The notes: a model not told the origin generated them from the letters alone. Positions 8,072 to 16,445 are shown, numbered from the stretch's first letter. The stretch is 16,445 bases of DNA from Sulfurihydrogenibium sp. (GCA_037442825.1 JBBIPN010000025.1:1-16445); one strand, 5' to 3'. Program-made: numbers and translations.

Positions 8072-8087
8072 AATACGAGGAAATTTT

Positions 8088-8864
8088 ATGATTAGTGTAG
8101 GTAATCTTAAAACATTTGGTTTAATTGATATATTCCAAGTTATTAGGGAAAATAGAAAAGATTGTATTCTTACAGTAGAAAACAATGGTTCAGTTTATGC
8201 AATTTACTTCTATAAAGGAAATCCAATATATGTAAGGAAAGTTAAAAGAAGTTTTTTTATCTATATGGATATAGATTTTGAATCTGCTCTGAAAAGGGAT
8301 AAAATATCAAAATATGACTTATTTAATGTTTTAGCTACACGATTACCAATGATTTTAAAATTAAAGGAAGGAAAATTTTCCATAACATCTGGTTTTATAA
8401 AATATCCAAGTGATATTCAAACAGTTGTAGAAATAGAAAGACTTATTATCCTCTTATCAAGAAATTTAATGCCTAAGGAAGTAGATAGAAAAATCACAGA
8501 TTTAGATATCATCTTTGAAAAAACGGAAGAATCAGAAAATATAGATAAATTTGGTTTAAACAATAGAGAAAAAGAAATTTTAAATCTAATCGATGGTAAA
8601 AATAAAGTTAGTGGTATTATAACAAAGATACATTTTGATATGATTTTAAGAGAATATAATACTACAGATTTGTCTGATGAAAATATATTACAAAAGCTGT
8701 ATAGTGAGAGTGAACTTCATGTTAAAAGAGCTTTATACGGATTTCTAGCAAGTGGATTGATTAGAAAGCAAAAAACCTTAAAGAAATCAGAAAATATTTT
8801 TGAAAAGATGTTAAGTTACTTAGAAACAAAACCTTTAATAGATACTATTAAAGAAAAAGTATAG
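8088..8864 (+). CDS. DUF4388 (PatA_N-like) domain protein with a C-terminal winged-helix-like region
   Basis: The N-terminus 'GNLKTFGLIDIFQVI...K...LTV......IYF.KG.PIY' and 'EGKFS' fit DUF4388. 'L..RE.EIL.LIDGK..V..I...V.RALY.F...GLI' is the usual companion HTH-like region. Confidence 0.72.
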   Translation: MISVGNLKTFGLIDIFQVIRENRKDCILTVENNGSVYAIYFYKGNPIYVRKVKRSFFIYMDIDFESALKRDKISKYDLFNVLATRLPMILKLKEGKFSITSGFIKYPSDIQTVVEIERLIILLSRNLMPKEVDRKITDLDIIFEKTEESENIDKFGLNNREKEILNLIDGKNKVSGIITKIHFDMILREYNTTDLSDENILQKLYSESELHVKRALYGFLASGLIRKQKTLKKSENIFEKMLSYLETKPLIDTIKEKV

Positions 8865-8874
8865 AGGTGAAGTT

Positions 8875-10212
8875 ATGACATTAAGTTATACTGAAAGTAT
8901 AGCAAAAAAAGCAAAACAAACTACAAGAGCACTTTCTTCTCTTACAACAAAAGTAAAAAATGATGCATTGTTAAGAACTGCAGAACTTTTAATAGAAAGA
9001 AAAGAAGAGATATTAAGAGAAAATAGAAAAGATTTAGAATTAGCTGAAAAGAAAGGTTATTCAAAAGCTTTACTTGACAGGTTGGCCCTTGATGATAAAA
9101 GAATAAATCAGATGGTTCAAGTGTTAAAAGATGTTGCAGCATTGCCAGATCCAGTAGGTGAAATTATAAATATGTGGACAAGGCCAAATGGATTAAAAGT
9201 TGGTCAGATGAGAGTACCTCTTGGTGTTATCCTTATTATATATGAGGCAAGACCAAACGTAACAATAGAAGCTGCATCTTTATGTATGAAATCATCAAAT
9301 GCTGTTATCTTAAAAGGTGGTAGTGAAACAATCAATTCAAATAGAATTTTAGTAGACATTATAAAACAAGCTTGCAGAGAAACGTGTTTTCCAGAGGATG
9401 CAGTTCAGTTTGTAGATACTACAGATAGAGAAGTTGTAAATCAACTTTTACAGCTTGAAGGACTTATAGACGTTGCTATTCCAAGAGGTGGTGAAAGTCT
9501 AATAAGAGCAGTTGCAGAAAATGCTAAAATACCAGTTATAAAACATTACAAAGGTGTATGTAATCTTTATATCGATAATGAAGCAGATTTGGAAAAAGCT
9601 TTAAATATAGCCTACAATGCAAAAGTTCAAAGACCTTCAGTATGTAATGCTATAGAAAACCTTGTTGTTCATAAAGATATAGCAGATAAATTTTTACCAG
9701 AAATTGCATACTACTATGGAAAAGCTGGTGTAGAGATGAGATGTGATGATTATAGTTATAACCTCTTGATAAATCATCCTAAAGCAAAAGATACAGAAAT
9801 CGTAGAAGTAAAAGAAGAAGATTACTATGAAGAATTTTTAGATTTAATAATAGCAGTTAAAGTAGTTGAAAATATTGATGAAGCTATAGATTTTATAGAA
9901 AAGTATGGTTCTCATCACTCAGATGCAATTGTAACGGAAAACTATACAAAAGGAATGAAATTTATACAGGAAGTAGATAGTGCAGCTGTGTATATAAATG
10001 CATCAACAAGATTTACAGATGGAAATGAGTTTGGTCTTGGTGCGGAGATGGGAATATCAACAGATAAGATACATGCAAGGGGACCAATGGCATTAAAAGA
10101 ACTTACGATACCTAAATTTATCGTATTTGGAGACGGTCAACTTAGAGAAAATGTTGGTATACCAAAAGATGAAAAGATAGAGATAAACAAAGAAGCTTGT
10201 GAATTAAAATGA
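8875..10212 (+). CDS. proA: Gamma-glutamyl phosphate reductase
   Basis: RVPLGVILIIYEARPNVT, IPRGGESLI, RPSVCNAIE (catalytic Cys) and NASTRFTDGNEFGLGAEMGISTDKIHARGPM. Confidence 0.98.
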   Translation: MTLSYTESIAKKAKQTTRALSSLTTKVKNDALLRTAELLIERKEEILRENRKDLELAEKKGYSKALLDRLALDDKRINQMVQVLKDVAALPDPVGEIINMWTRPNGLKVGQMRVPLGVILIIYEARPNVTIEAASLCMKSSNAVILKGGSETINSNRILVDIIKQACRETCFPEDAVQFVDTTDREVVNQLLQLEGLIDVAIPRGGESLIRAVAENAKIPVIKHYKGVCNLYIDNEADLEKALNIAYNAKVQRPSVCNAIENLVVHKDIADKFLPEIAYYYGKAGVEMRCDDYSYNLLINHPKAKDTEIVEVKEEDYYEEFLDLIIAVKVVENIDEAIDFIEKYGSHHSDAIVTENYTKGMKFIQEVDSAAVYINASTRFTDGNEFGLGAEMGISTDKIHARGPMALKELTIPKFIVFGDGQLRENVGIPKDEKIEINKEACELK

Positions 10213-10997
10213 AAACAATTACAGAATTTTTAAAAGCAAAACACGAAAAAAGAAAAATTACAGTAATATCTACCTATGACTATTGGACTGCTAAACTATG
10301 TGAAGAAGCTGCTATAGATGCCATATTGGTCGGTGATTCACTTTCTATGGTCGTTCAAGGTAACGACTCTACTTTACCTGTTACATTAGAAGAGATGATA
10401 TACCATACTAAAGCAGTTAAAAAAGGTGCTCCAAACACTTTTGTTATAACTGATATGCCATTTTTAACCTACCATACATCTCTGGAAGAAACAGTCAGAA
10501 ACTGTGGAAAAGTTTTAAAGGAGTCTAAAGCTAATGCTGTAAAGTTGGAAGGTGGAGAGCAGATAGCAGATACTATCTATAAATTAACATCCTTAGGAAT
10601 ACCTGTTATGGGACATTTAGGATTAACACCACAGTATATAAATATAATAGGTGGCTACAAAGTTCAAGGAAAAACAGAAGATAGTAGAGAAAAAATAAAA
10701 AAAGATGCTAAGATACTTCAAGAAGCTGGCTGTTTTTCTATAGTACTTGAAGCTGTTCCATCAAATTTAGCTAAAGAAATTTCTGAAAGTTTAAATATAC
10801 CTACCATAGGTATAGGTGCTGGCAAGTATACAGATGGGCAGGTTTTAGTTTTCCATGACCTTATAGGTATCCTTGAAAAAACACCTAAATTTGTAAAGAG
10901 ATACTTAGAAGCTGGAAAACTTATAAAAGATGCTTTATCTACATTTAACAATGAGGTAAAGAATGGGCATTTTCCCTCAGACGAATATCAATATTAG
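10209..10997 (+). CDS. panB: 3-methyl-2-oxobutanoate hydroxymethyltransferase
   Basis: ILVGDSL, DMPF, AVKLEGG, GHLGLTPQ and PTIGIGAG...DGQVLV.HD. ATGA overlap with proA. Confidence 0.98.
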   Translation: MKTITEFLKAKHEKRKITVISTYDYWTAKLCEEAAIDAILVGDSLSMVVQGNDSTLPVTLEEMIYHTKAVKKGAPNTFVITDMPFLTYHTSLEETVRNCGKVLKESKANAVKLEGGEQIADTIYKLTSLGIPVMGHLGLTPQYINIIGGYKVQGKTEDSREKIKKDAKILQEAGCFSIVLEAVPSNLAKEISESLNIPTIGIGAGKYTDGQVLVFHDLIGILEKTPKFVKRYLEAGKLIKDALSTFNNEVKNGHFPSDEYQY

Positions 10998-11583
10998 CAA
11001 CTCTCTAAATGATGTAATAGATATTATTAAAAATGGTGGTTTAGTAGTTGCTAGAACCGATACAATCTACGGAATTATTGGAAATGCTTTAAATAAAGAA
11101 ACTGTTGAAAAAATATACCAAATAAAAGGAAGAGAAGAAGATAAACCATTTATTATTTTAATTCCATCAAGTAAGATGTTAGAAATATTCAATGTTAGAG
11201 AAAATCAAACAGCAGAAAAATTACTAAATTTAAAAGGTATAACAGTTATATTTGATATAGAAGATCAAGAAGGTAAATGGTATTACTTACATAGAGGAAT
11301 AAAAAGTTTAGCTTTTAGAATACCAGATGATATAGTATTTTTGAAATTTTTAGAAAATTTAAATTTACCAGTTGTTGCTCCCAGTGCTAATCCATCTGGA
11401 CTACAACCAGCAGAAGATATAAATCAAGCTATTGAATATTTTTACGATAAGATAAATTTATATGTTGATAGTGGGAAAGTTGTTGAAAATATTCCTTCTA
11501 CAGTTGTAAAAGTCGAAAATGGAAAGATAAAAATATTAAGAAAAGGAAAAAAAGAGTTGTTTAATGGAAATAAAAACACATAA
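10963..11583 (+). CDS. tsaC: L-threonylcarbamoyladenylate synthase (YrdC/TsaC type, no Sua5 C-domain)
   Basis: TDTIYG, IYQIKGR...KP, AFRIP, APSANPSG and PSTVV...ILRKG. GAGGT RBS precedes ATG 10963. Confidence 0.93.
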   Translation: MGIFPQTNINISNSLNDVIDIIKNGGLVVARTDTIYGIIGNALNKETVEKIYQIKGREEDKPFIILIPSSKMLEIFNVRENQTAEKLLNLKGITVIFDIEDQEGKWYYLHRGIKSLAFRIPDDIVFLKFLENLNLPVVAPSANPSGLQPAEDINQAIEYFYDKINLYVDSGKVVENIPSTVVKVENGKIKILRKGKKELFNGNKNT

Positions 11584-11953
11584 AAGTATTGATGAAATGC
11601 TATCTGGTAAAGTTGTAGATTTGAAAGAAGGTGAATCTGCAACAGTAGTATTACAGGCAAATGATAAGATGATAGCAGATAAAAAAGGGCTTATACATGG
11701 TGGTTTTATATTTTCAGCAGCAGATTACTGTGCTATGGTTACAGTAAACCATCCAAACGTCGTTCTTGCCTCTGCTGAAGTCAAATTTTTACAACCTTTT
11801 AAAATATACGACGTTGGTATATTTAAAAGTAAAGTGTTGGATACAAAAGGAAGATGGACCACTATATTAGTAGAAGGTTTTAAAGGAGAAGAAAAGTTTT
11901 TTGAAGGAACATTTAGATGTTATACCTCTGAAAAACATGTTTTAGAAAAATGA
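11564..11953 (+). CDS. PaaI-like hotdog-fold thioesterase
   Basis: 129 aa with 'GLIHGGFIFSAADY' (HGG...D active-site helix), 'EVKFL.P' and terminal beta strands 'FEGTF'. Confidence 0.85.
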   Translation: MEIKTHKSIDEMLSGKVVDLKEGESATVVLQANDKMIADKKGLIHGGFIFSAADYCAMVTVNHPNVVLASAEVKFLQPFKIYDVGIFKSKVLDTKGRWTTILVEGFKGEEKFFEGTFRCYTSEKHVLEK

Positions 11954-12687
11954 AATATTTCAGTTTAAAAATGAGAGCATCTTTAGAAGATAAACATATT
12001 TCAGGTGCAGAAAGGATTGTAGAAGAAGAAAATTTAGAAAAAACCGTATTAGAGCTTTTAAATAGACCTAATATATATGATTTTTTAAACATAAAAGTTG
12101 AAAGACTAAAAGAGATTGAGTATCTAGAAAAATCCTTAGATATAAAAAGTTATACATTTAATGATTATATAGAAGCTAACGATTTTGCTATCTCTTTACT
12201 GGAAAGTATTGGAATACAAAAGGAAATTTCTAAAAAGTACATATGGTTATTACACGATGTAACTGGCGAGTATGGAAACAATATGAGAGGAGCAATGATA
12301 GTCAATTTAAATGGTGATAGATTAGAATTAGATAAATCAAGGGGAGTAAGAACTACAAACGTTGATTTTTTAAACAGAAAAGATATAGAAAAAAGATTAT
12401 TAGAAAAAGGCTACTCTTTAAGGACAGTAGATGCTTTAGCTTTAGCTACAAAAAATTTAAACCATCCAGATATAGTTGCAGAATACTGTATATCAGATCA
12501 ATCAGATTACACTACTGGCTATGTAGCTACAAAAGGTTTATACAATAGAATTTTTCCACTAAAAAAATATGGTAATAAAAAAGGTGGTAGAATATACTTT
12601 GTAAAAAATAACGTAAATATTGCCCAGCTTTACGACTATTTACAAAATAAAAGTTTATTAATTAAAGATTTAGGGAAGATAGGATGA
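11950..12687 (+). CDS. bioW: 6-carboxyhexanoate--CoA ligase (pimeloyl-CoA synthetase)
   Basis: 'SLKMRAS...HISGAERIV', 'MRGA', 'RLE....RGVR', 'DALALATK', 'AEYCISD..DYTTGYVA' and 'GGRIYFV' are BioW signatures. Confidence 0.93.
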   Translation: MKYFSLKMRASLEDKHISGAERIVEEENLEKTVLELLNRPNIYDFLNIKVERLKEIEYLEKSLDIKSYTFNDYIEANDFAISLLESIGIQKEISKKYIWLLHDVTGEYGNNMRGAMIVNLNGDRLELDKSRGVRTTNVDFLNRKDIEKRLLEKGYSLRTVDALALATKNLNHPDIVAEYCISDQSDYTTGYVATKGLYNRIFPLKKYGNKKGGRIYFVKNNVNIAQLYDYLQNKSLLIKDLGKIG

Positions 12688-13331
12688 AATATATATTCAT
12701 ACATGGATGGGGTTTTAGTAAAGAGATATTCAAAGATTACTTTTATATAGATAACAGCGATTTTTTAGATTTACCATTTCATGGAGAGATGTCAGATTTT
12801 GAAGATAAAAATATATTAGAAAATTATGTAAATTACGTATCATCTAAAATACATAAAGATACCACATTAATAGGTTGGTCATTGGGAGCTACTGTAAGTT
12901 TACTTACAACACTTAAAAATGAAAATGTAAAAAAATTAGTTTTGATAGGTTTTAGTCCAAAATTTAACGATGAAAAACTTGGCAGTAGTCCAGTTTACAT
13001 AAAAGCATTTTTAAATAATTTAAATAGAGATTTTTCCTCTACCCTTTCTAATTTTAGAAAAGTTGCTATAGATAAAGAGATAAAAAACATACCAAAACCA
13101 AAAGAAGGATCAAAATCATTACTTAAAGAATTTATAAACCTTGATTTAACAGACACATTAACTAAAATAAATATTCCAACTATAATATTACACGGAATAA
13201 ACGATAAAATAGTAAACAAAGAAGCAGCATTTTTTAGCCATAAAAAAATTAAAGATAGTCAGCTTTTTTTATTAGATTCCCATCACGGACCATTTTTAGA
13301 AAGGGATATTTTTGAATTCATTAATGAATAA
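12684..13331 (+). CDS. bioH: BioH-like alpha/beta hydrolase (pimeloyl-ACP methyl ester esterase)
   Basis: FIHGWG oxyanion motif, DLPFHG, GWSLG nucleophile elbow, HG..D and a catalytic His in HHGPF. It lies directly upstream of bioC. Confidence 0.82.
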   Translation: MKYIFIHGWGFSKEIFKDYFYIDNSDFLDLPFHGEMSDFEDKNILENYVNYVSSKIHKDTTLIGWSLGATVSLLTTLKNENVKKLVLIGFSPKFNDEKLGSSPVYIKAFLNNLNRDFSSTLSNFRKVAIDKEIKNIPKPKEGSKSLLKEFINLDLTDTLTKINIPTIILHGINDKIVNKEAAFFSHKKIKDSQLFLLDSHHGPFLERDIFEFINE

Positions 13332-14022
13332 AAACCGTATAATTCTGTCATTTTCAAGGTCGGCTTTTTATTATGAAAAAAATGCAGATATACAAAAACA
13401 GACAGCTTTAGATTTGTCTAATTTTGCAAAAAATATTGATGGTTTAGGTATAGACCTTGGTTGTGGGACAGGATTTTTATCTGATATCCTAAAGAAAAAT
13501 ATTATAGGTGTAGATATATCAAAAAATATGATAGAAATTTACAAGCAGAAAAATAATCTTGCTACTGTTTGCGATATAGAAAATTTACCTTTTAAAGACA
13601 ACTCTTTTGATTTTGCTATTTCTAATTTTAGTTTACATTGGACAGATTTAAATAAATCTATCAGAGAGATTCATAGAGTTTTAAAAAAAGATAGTAAACT
13701 TTATTTTTGCATGCCTGTAGAAGGAAGTTTAAATATAGTTAAAAAAGTTTTAGGTTATGATAATTTTAACTTTTTAGATGAATATTCAGTATTAGAAATT
13801 ACAAGAAAGTATCTTAAGATAGAAAATTATTTTTCTAAAGACTATATCAAAACATTTAATAGTGGTATTGAGTTTTTAAATCATCTTCATTATACTGGTT
13901 CTGCTATAGGAAAGGAAGGTTTAACCTTTGGAGAGAAAAAAAGAATCTATGAGAAGTTTAAAGGTTTAAAGGGAAATATTAAGCTTAATTTTAAAGTTAT
14001 GTTTGTACGTGGAAAGAAATAA
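13324..14022 (+). CDS. bioC: Malonyl-ACP O-methyltransferase
   Basis: N-terminal 'FSRSA..Y...A.IQ', SAM motif IDLGCGTG, 'DIENLPF....FD..ISN..LHW' and 'L.HL..TG'. ATG 13324 overlaps the bioH stop and is preferred over TTG 13312. Confidence 0.88.
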   Translation: MNKNRIILSFSRSAFYYEKNADIQKQTALDLSNFAKNIDGLGIDLGCGTGFLSDILKKNIIGVDISKNMIEIYKQKNNLATVCDIENLPFKDNSFDFAISNFSLHWTDLNKSIREIHRVLKKDSKLYFCMPVEGSLNIVKKVLGYDNFNFLDEYSVLEITRKYLKIENYFSKDYIKTFNSGIEFLNHLHYTGSAIGKEGLTFGEKKRIYEKFKGLKGNIKLNFKVMFVRGKK

Positions 14023-14070
14023 ATCTCTTTTTATCCTTTTTAATAAAAAAATAAAACACTATTTTATTTT

Positions 14071-14079
14071 TGGTATAAT
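14071..14079 (+). promoter_or_regulatory. Extended -10 promoter element upstream of nuoE
   Basis: TGGTATAAT matches TGnTATAAT, about 33 nt upstream of the nuoE start in the 14023-14112 intergenic gap. Confidence 0.5.
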
Positions 14080-14112
14080 AATAAAAAACTCGATACCTAA
14101 AGGTAAATATAA

Positions 14113-14595
14113 TTGGAATATATTTATATTGATGAAGAGTTAAAAAGTAAAATAGATAAGTTATTAAAAACTTTCTTTACAGAAGACCAGGTGATTATTC
14201 AATCATTACATCTAATATATTCAAAGTATAGAGATATCACTTTAGAACATTTAGAAGAGTTGTCAAACTACTTAAATGTACCTTTAAATAAAATTGAAGG
14301 TATCGTTTCTTTTTATGATATGTTTAGAGTTAAAAGAAATGCAAAACACCATATTAGAGTATGTAAAAATCTACCTTGTCATATAATGGGATGTAAAAAA
14401 CTTATTGATATAATAGAAAAGCTTACTGGAGAAGTTAGAAATGAAGAAAGTAAAAATGGTTTGTTTTATATAGAAACAGTAGAATGTATAGGAGCTTGTA
14501 GTATAGCACCTGCTTTTATGGTAGATGATGATTTATACAATGGAACTAATATAACAGAGGAAGTTTTAGATGAAATCCTATCCAAATATACCTAA
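14113..14595 (+). CDS. nuoE: NADH-quinone oxidoreductase subunit E (2Fe-2S)
   Basis: 'VSFYDMF', CKNLPC and ECIGAC..AP [2Fe-2S] ligands. TTG start with AAGGT RBS; overlaps nuoF. Confidence 0.92.
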   Translation: MEYIYIDEELKSKIDKLLKTFFTEDQVIIQSLHLIYSKYRDITLEHLEELSNYLNVPLNKIEGIVSFYDMFRVKRNAKHHIRVCKNLPCHIMGCKKLIDIIEKLTGEVRNEESKNGLFYIETVECIGACSIAPAFMVDDDLYNGTNITEEVLDEILSKYT

Positions 14596-15853
14596 CTTTT
14601 ATACGTATAGTGATGTCAACTTACTTTTAAGAAGAGCTAAAGAAAACAGAACAACATCCATAGATGAGTACATAAACACAGGTGGTTATTCTGCTTTAAA
14701 AAAAGCATTACAAAAATTTACCCCTGAAGAGATTATAATTTTAGCAGAAGAAAGCACTTTAAGAGGTAGAGGTGGAGCAGGTTTCCCTACAGGTAGAAAA
14801 TGGAGATTTGCAGTCTCAAATCCTAAACCAAGATATCTAATATGTAATGCAGATGAATCTGAACCAGGAACATTTAAAGATAGAATAATCATAGAGAGAG
14901 ATCCACATCTATTAATAGAAGGGATGGTAATCTCTGCTTATGCTATAGGTGCAGAATTTGGATTTATATATATAAGAGGCGAATACCCAGCTGGCTACAT
15001 GATATTAGAAAATGCAATAGAAGAGGCAAGACAAAAAGGGTTTTTAGGTAAAAATATACTTGGAACAGATTTTTCTTTTGATATACTTGTGTATAGAGGA
15101 GCTGGAGCTTATATATGTGGAGAAGAAACAGCACTGATAGAAAGTTTAGAAGGGAAAAGAGGACACCCAAGACTAAAACCACCATACCCAGTAGTAGAAG
15201 GCTTATTTGGTAAACCAACAGTTGTAAACAATGTAGAAACTCTCGCAAATATTCCTATAATCGTTACCTATGAAAATTATTATATGAATATAGGACCTGC
15301 TGGATACTACGGACCTAAACTTTTCCCAATTAGTGGAAAAGTAAACAAACCTGGTGTATACGAAAGTACAATGGATATTACATTAAGAGAGCTTATAGAA
15401 AAAGCTGGTGGAATGAAAGACGGCAAAAAATTTAAAGCTGTTTTTTCTGGAGCTTTAGGTGTATACTCTGAAAAAGACCTTGATGTACCTATGGACTATT
15501 CACCAAAAGGTTTTGGAGGAACAGGGACTACTATAGTTTTATCAGAAGATGACTGTATTATAGATAGTTTGATAGTGATAGTAGAATTTTTTCACCATGA
15601 AAGTTGTGGAAAGTGTACACCTTGTAGAGTTGGTACATATGAACTTCTAAATGTATTAAAAAAGTTTCAAGAAAAAAAAGCTACAATAAAAGATTTAGAA
15701 TATTTAAAATTTCTTGGTAAAAATATACCTGTTGGTTCTATATGTGGACTTGGTTTTTCAGCACCAAATGCATTAATGGATGCCATTAGAAAATTTGAAC
15801 ATGAATTTATAAAACATATAAATGGAATATGCCCTGCAAAAGTTTGTTTCTAA
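14570..15853 (+). CDS. nuoF: NADH-quinone oxidoreductase subunit F (FMN, 4Fe-4S)
   Basis: LRGRGGAGFPTG, CNADESEPGTFKDR, GAGAYICGEETAL, NNVET and HESCGKCTPCRVG...SICGLG. The N-terminus MKSYP.IP resembles Aquifex NuoF. Confidence 0.95.
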   Translation: MKSYPNIPNFYTYSDVNLLLRRAKENRTTSIDEYINTGGYSALKKALQKFTPEEIIILAEESTLRGRGGAGFPTGRKWRFAVSNPKPRYLICNADESEPGTFKDRIIIERDPHLLIEGMVISAYAIGAEFGFIYIRGEYPAGYMILENAIEEARQKGFLGKNILGTDFSFDILVYRGAGAYICGEETALIESLEGKRGHPRLKPPYPVVEGLFGKPTVVNNVETLANIPIIVTYENYYMNIGPAGYYGPKLFPISGKVNKPGVYESTMDITLRELIEKAGGMKDGKKFKAVFSGALGVYSEKDLDVPMDYSPKGFGGTGTTIVLSEDDCIIDSLIVIVEFFHHESCGKCTPCRVGTYELLNVLKKFQEKKATIKDLEYLKFLGKNIPVGSICGLGFSAPNALMDAIRKFEHEFIKHINGICPAKVCF

Positions 15854-15878
15854 AATTTAAAAAACTTTACTTTCTTTA

Positions 15879-15968
15879 TTAAATTTTGCTGATTTTCAAT
15901 AACTTAATAGCTTCTTCTTCTGGTATTGGTTTAGATATTAAATAACTTTCACTCGATTGTAGATAAGT
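15879..15968 (-). pseudogene. Probable C-terminal remnant of an EAL (c-di-GMP phosphodiesterase) domain gene
   Basis: The minus-strand frame reads TYLQSSESYLISKPIPEEEAIKLLKISKI*, similar to the EAL terminal motif Y.QGY..SKP.P.EE...LL. The frame has no start codon. Confidence 0.5.
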
Positions 15969-15970
15969 TT

Positions 15971-16444
15971 TTATAAAAATTTTCCTCTTATTTGGTCATA
16001 AACTTTCTTTGCTAAGTAATCAATTATTACATTTCTAAAATCTTCTTCCATAATTATTTTTAAGAATAGCTTTTCATTTTCTTCTCTCCTATTAATGAGA
16101 ATATCCATAAACATTTTTGTATAATCCAATTTAAAGTTATCAAAATCATTGCTATTTACCTTTGAAATAATCTCCTTATTATTCATGGTATCCTGTTCTA
16201 ATTGGTCTAATGTTAATCTATCTTTTTCTGTAAAGTCTGTCCCAAACCTTTGATTTAACTCTTCAATAATCGAAGATAACTTTGTTTTTTCTTCCTCATG
16301 TATTGTCTTACCGAATGATGTAGGCTGTAATACTGCTTCCCCTTCTTTAAATAAAGATATACTTCCGTCGAATATCTTTTCATTTCTATAATACTCTAGA
16401 GCAATTTCATCAGCTAAATCTAGCTTTGAAGAATCTTCTTTTGG
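15971..16444 (-). CDS. hsdR: Type I restriction endonuclease subunit R, C-terminal part (gene begins beyond the window)
   Basis: The frame is open from the window edge: PKEDSSKLDLADEIALEYYRNEKIFDGSISL...KLSSIIEELNQRFGTDFTEKDRL...NFKL...ENEKLFLKIIMEEDFRNVIIDYLAKKVYDQIR, the typical HsdR C-terminus. The 71-aa ORF in the track is only its tail. Confidence 0.8.
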   Translation of the reverse strand, partial: PKEDSSKLDLADEIALEYYRNEKIFDGSISLFKEGEAVLQPTSFGKTIHEEEKTKLSSIIEELNQRFGTDFTEKDRLTLDQLEQDTMNNKEIISKVNSNDFDNFKLDYTKMFMDILINRREENEKLFLKIIMEEDFRNVIIDYLAKKVYDQIRGKFL

Positions 16445-16445
16445 T

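Noticed and set aside
14047..14071. Inverted repeat AAAAATAAAA-CACTA-TTTTATTTTT after bioC as a terminator or operator
   Set aside because: The stem is A/T only, too weak for a terminator and expected by chance in this composition.
7247..15248. Short opposite-strand ORFs 7247-7444, 8942-9142, 10718-10951, 11442-11660, 12995-13219, 14686-14892 and 14964-15248
   Set aside because: All lie antisense within conserved housekeeping genes and have no recognisable motifs.
15971..16186. 71-aa ORF as an independent small gene
   Set aside because: The frame stays open to the window edge and the upstream translation continues HsdR-like sequence, so the ATG is internal.
1..16445. CRISPR arrays, tRNA/rRNA genes, IS elements, riboswitches (FMN before ribD, Moco before moeB)
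   Set aside because: I saw no repeat-spacer periodicity, cloverleaf-like GC-rich segments, transposase ORFs or terminal repeats. The leaders are short and AT-rich, without riboswitch consensus by eye; an Infernal/Rfam scan would be decisive.

Overview
AT-rich bacterial chromosomal window, most likely Aquificota (Hydrogenothermaceae, Sulfurihydrogenibium-like); this is inferred from the Aquifex-type NuoE/NuoF and BioW sequences. Left to right: (1) the 3' end of a T2SS/type IV pilus locus (GspE/PilB ATPase C-terminus, GspF/PilC platform protein, and a large prepilin-type protein with two Ig-like repeats, a poly-Gly linker and a Cys-rich tip domain); (2) a decayed tandem-rhodanese sulfurtransferase pseudogene on the minus strand, absent from the ORF track; (3) ribD; (4) a minus-strand moeB-tusA-dsrEFH-pdxA sulfur-relay operon; (5) a divergent intergenic region with a perfect 11-1-11 palindrome; (6) a tightly coupled DUF4388-proA-panB-tsaC-hotdog thioesterase-bioW-bioH-bioC operon; (7) stand-alone nuoE-nuoF; (8) a probable EAL-domain remnant and the C-terminus of a type I restriction subunit HsdR. 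The main candidate for an undescribed system is the thioesterase-bioW-bioH-bioC cluster, which may encode a hybrid pimelate route. The adhesin-like pilin and the MoeB-linked minimal DsrEFH relay follow. All family calls come from motif recognition by eye; no searches were run.
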